From: an uncultured Phycisphaeraceae bacterium
GTDB lineage: Bacteria; Planctomycetota; Phycisphaerae; UBA1845
Direction: 5' to 3'
NCBI GenBank assembly: GCA_964416845.1
Contig: CAYQFV010000003.1
Location: 1-59,594, forward strand
DNA length: 59,594 bases
Made by a program: the position numbers and the translations under genes. Below are positions 59,010 to 59,594 of this stretch, one piece after another. Below the pieces are notes generated by a model. That model saw only the letters and a program-made list of their open reading frames with translations. It was not told the origin of the DNA and did no database searches. Within the stretch, counting starts at the first letter, position 1, and each line of letters starts with the position of its first letter.

Positions 59010-59594
59010 TCAGTTTTGCCGGCGATGTCTCCTCTTTGACGTCGCCTCTTGATCGATCGCGAGGGAGACTTCGTCGAGCACAACGCCGTAGTCGTCCCGC
59101 GCAGACTGGATGGAAATTACACCGTTTCGCACTTCCTCGGCGACGCGCTCTGCGGAGCGATCGTGGGGATCGCCAAGACCGCCGCCACCGCCGGCCTGTT
59201 GGTGGTAAATCGTGCCGGCTGGAAGACCGGTGACCAGGTCGAGGCTACGTGGGATCTTCTCGGTACCGTTCGGCAACCGCAGCTTGATAGAATTCAGGCT
59301 GCCGTCGCCCCCGCCGTGCACACCGAAGGCCGCCTCGACGTCGCCATCTCCGAAGACGACCAGCTGGGTGTCATCGGCCCCGATCTCGAAAATGGTCTCC
59401 ACGCCCAGACCGCCACGCCACTGCCCCACACCGGCCGAGTCGCACAGGTACTCGTGCTTGCGCAAGACGTGCGGCGTTTGCTGCTCGAACATCTCGTAGT
59501 CCTGATCCAGCAATCCGCCGGACGCATCGATCATGCCGATGTGATCGTAGCCGTCCACGCCTCGCACCGCGCCCGAACCGCCCTTCAACCCCAT
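59010..59594 (-). CDS. Hydantoinase B/oxoprolinase subunit, C-terminal part (5' truncated), IaaE-like
   Basis: DSAGVGQWRGGLG, GGGGGLGDP, GVISIQSARDDYGV. Confidence 0.85.
   Translation of the reverse strand: MGLKGGSGAVRGVDGYDHIGMIDASGGLLDQDYEMFEQQTPHVLRKHEYLCDSAGVGQWRGGLGVETIFEIGADDTQLVVFGDGDVEAAFGVHGGGDGSLNSIKLRLPNGTEKIPRSLDLVTGLPAGTIYHQQAGGGGGLGDPHDRSAERVAEEVRNGVISIQSARDDYGVVLDEVSLAIDQEATSKRRHRRQN

Noticed and set aside
1-59594. rRNA, tRNA, CRISPR array, IS element, selenocysteine read-through
   Set aside because: None recognised by eye; short elements could be missed without tRNAscan, Infernal or CRISPR finders

Overview
A GC-rich (about 60%+) bacterial chromosomal window. Gene content and order suggest Planctomycetota, possibly Phycisphaerae-like; this is inference only. 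The first ~35 kb is mostly housekeeping: pyrK, tdk, trmB, yggS, rpsP-trmD-rplS-yraN-tatD, a diadenylate cyclase, argF, rocD, dnaE, nadE, copZ/copA, rsmA and ispG, interspersed with envelope genes. The last ~24 kb carries two accessory systems. (1) 35.8-49.3 kb: a ten-gene minus-strand redox cluster (diheme c, blue-copper-type protein, porin, monoheme c lipoprotein, two tiny paralogous Cys-motif lipoproteins, hexaheme c, FAD/Fe-S NAD(P) oxidoreductase, Rieske, fused cytochrome b), with a sigma54-type promoter and a divergent sensor kinase/NtrC-type activator pair. (2) 50.9-59.6 kb: hydantoinase B, acyl-CoA dehydrogenase lacking the catalytic Glu, split B12 mutase with a remodelled pocket, three-subunit molybdoenzyme and class III CoA-transferase. 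This matches the core of the anaerobic indole-3-acetate (auxin) degradation iaa cluster and runs off the window end. I saw no rRNA, tRNA, CRISPR array or transposase. All calls come from motif recognition by eye; no database searches were run.
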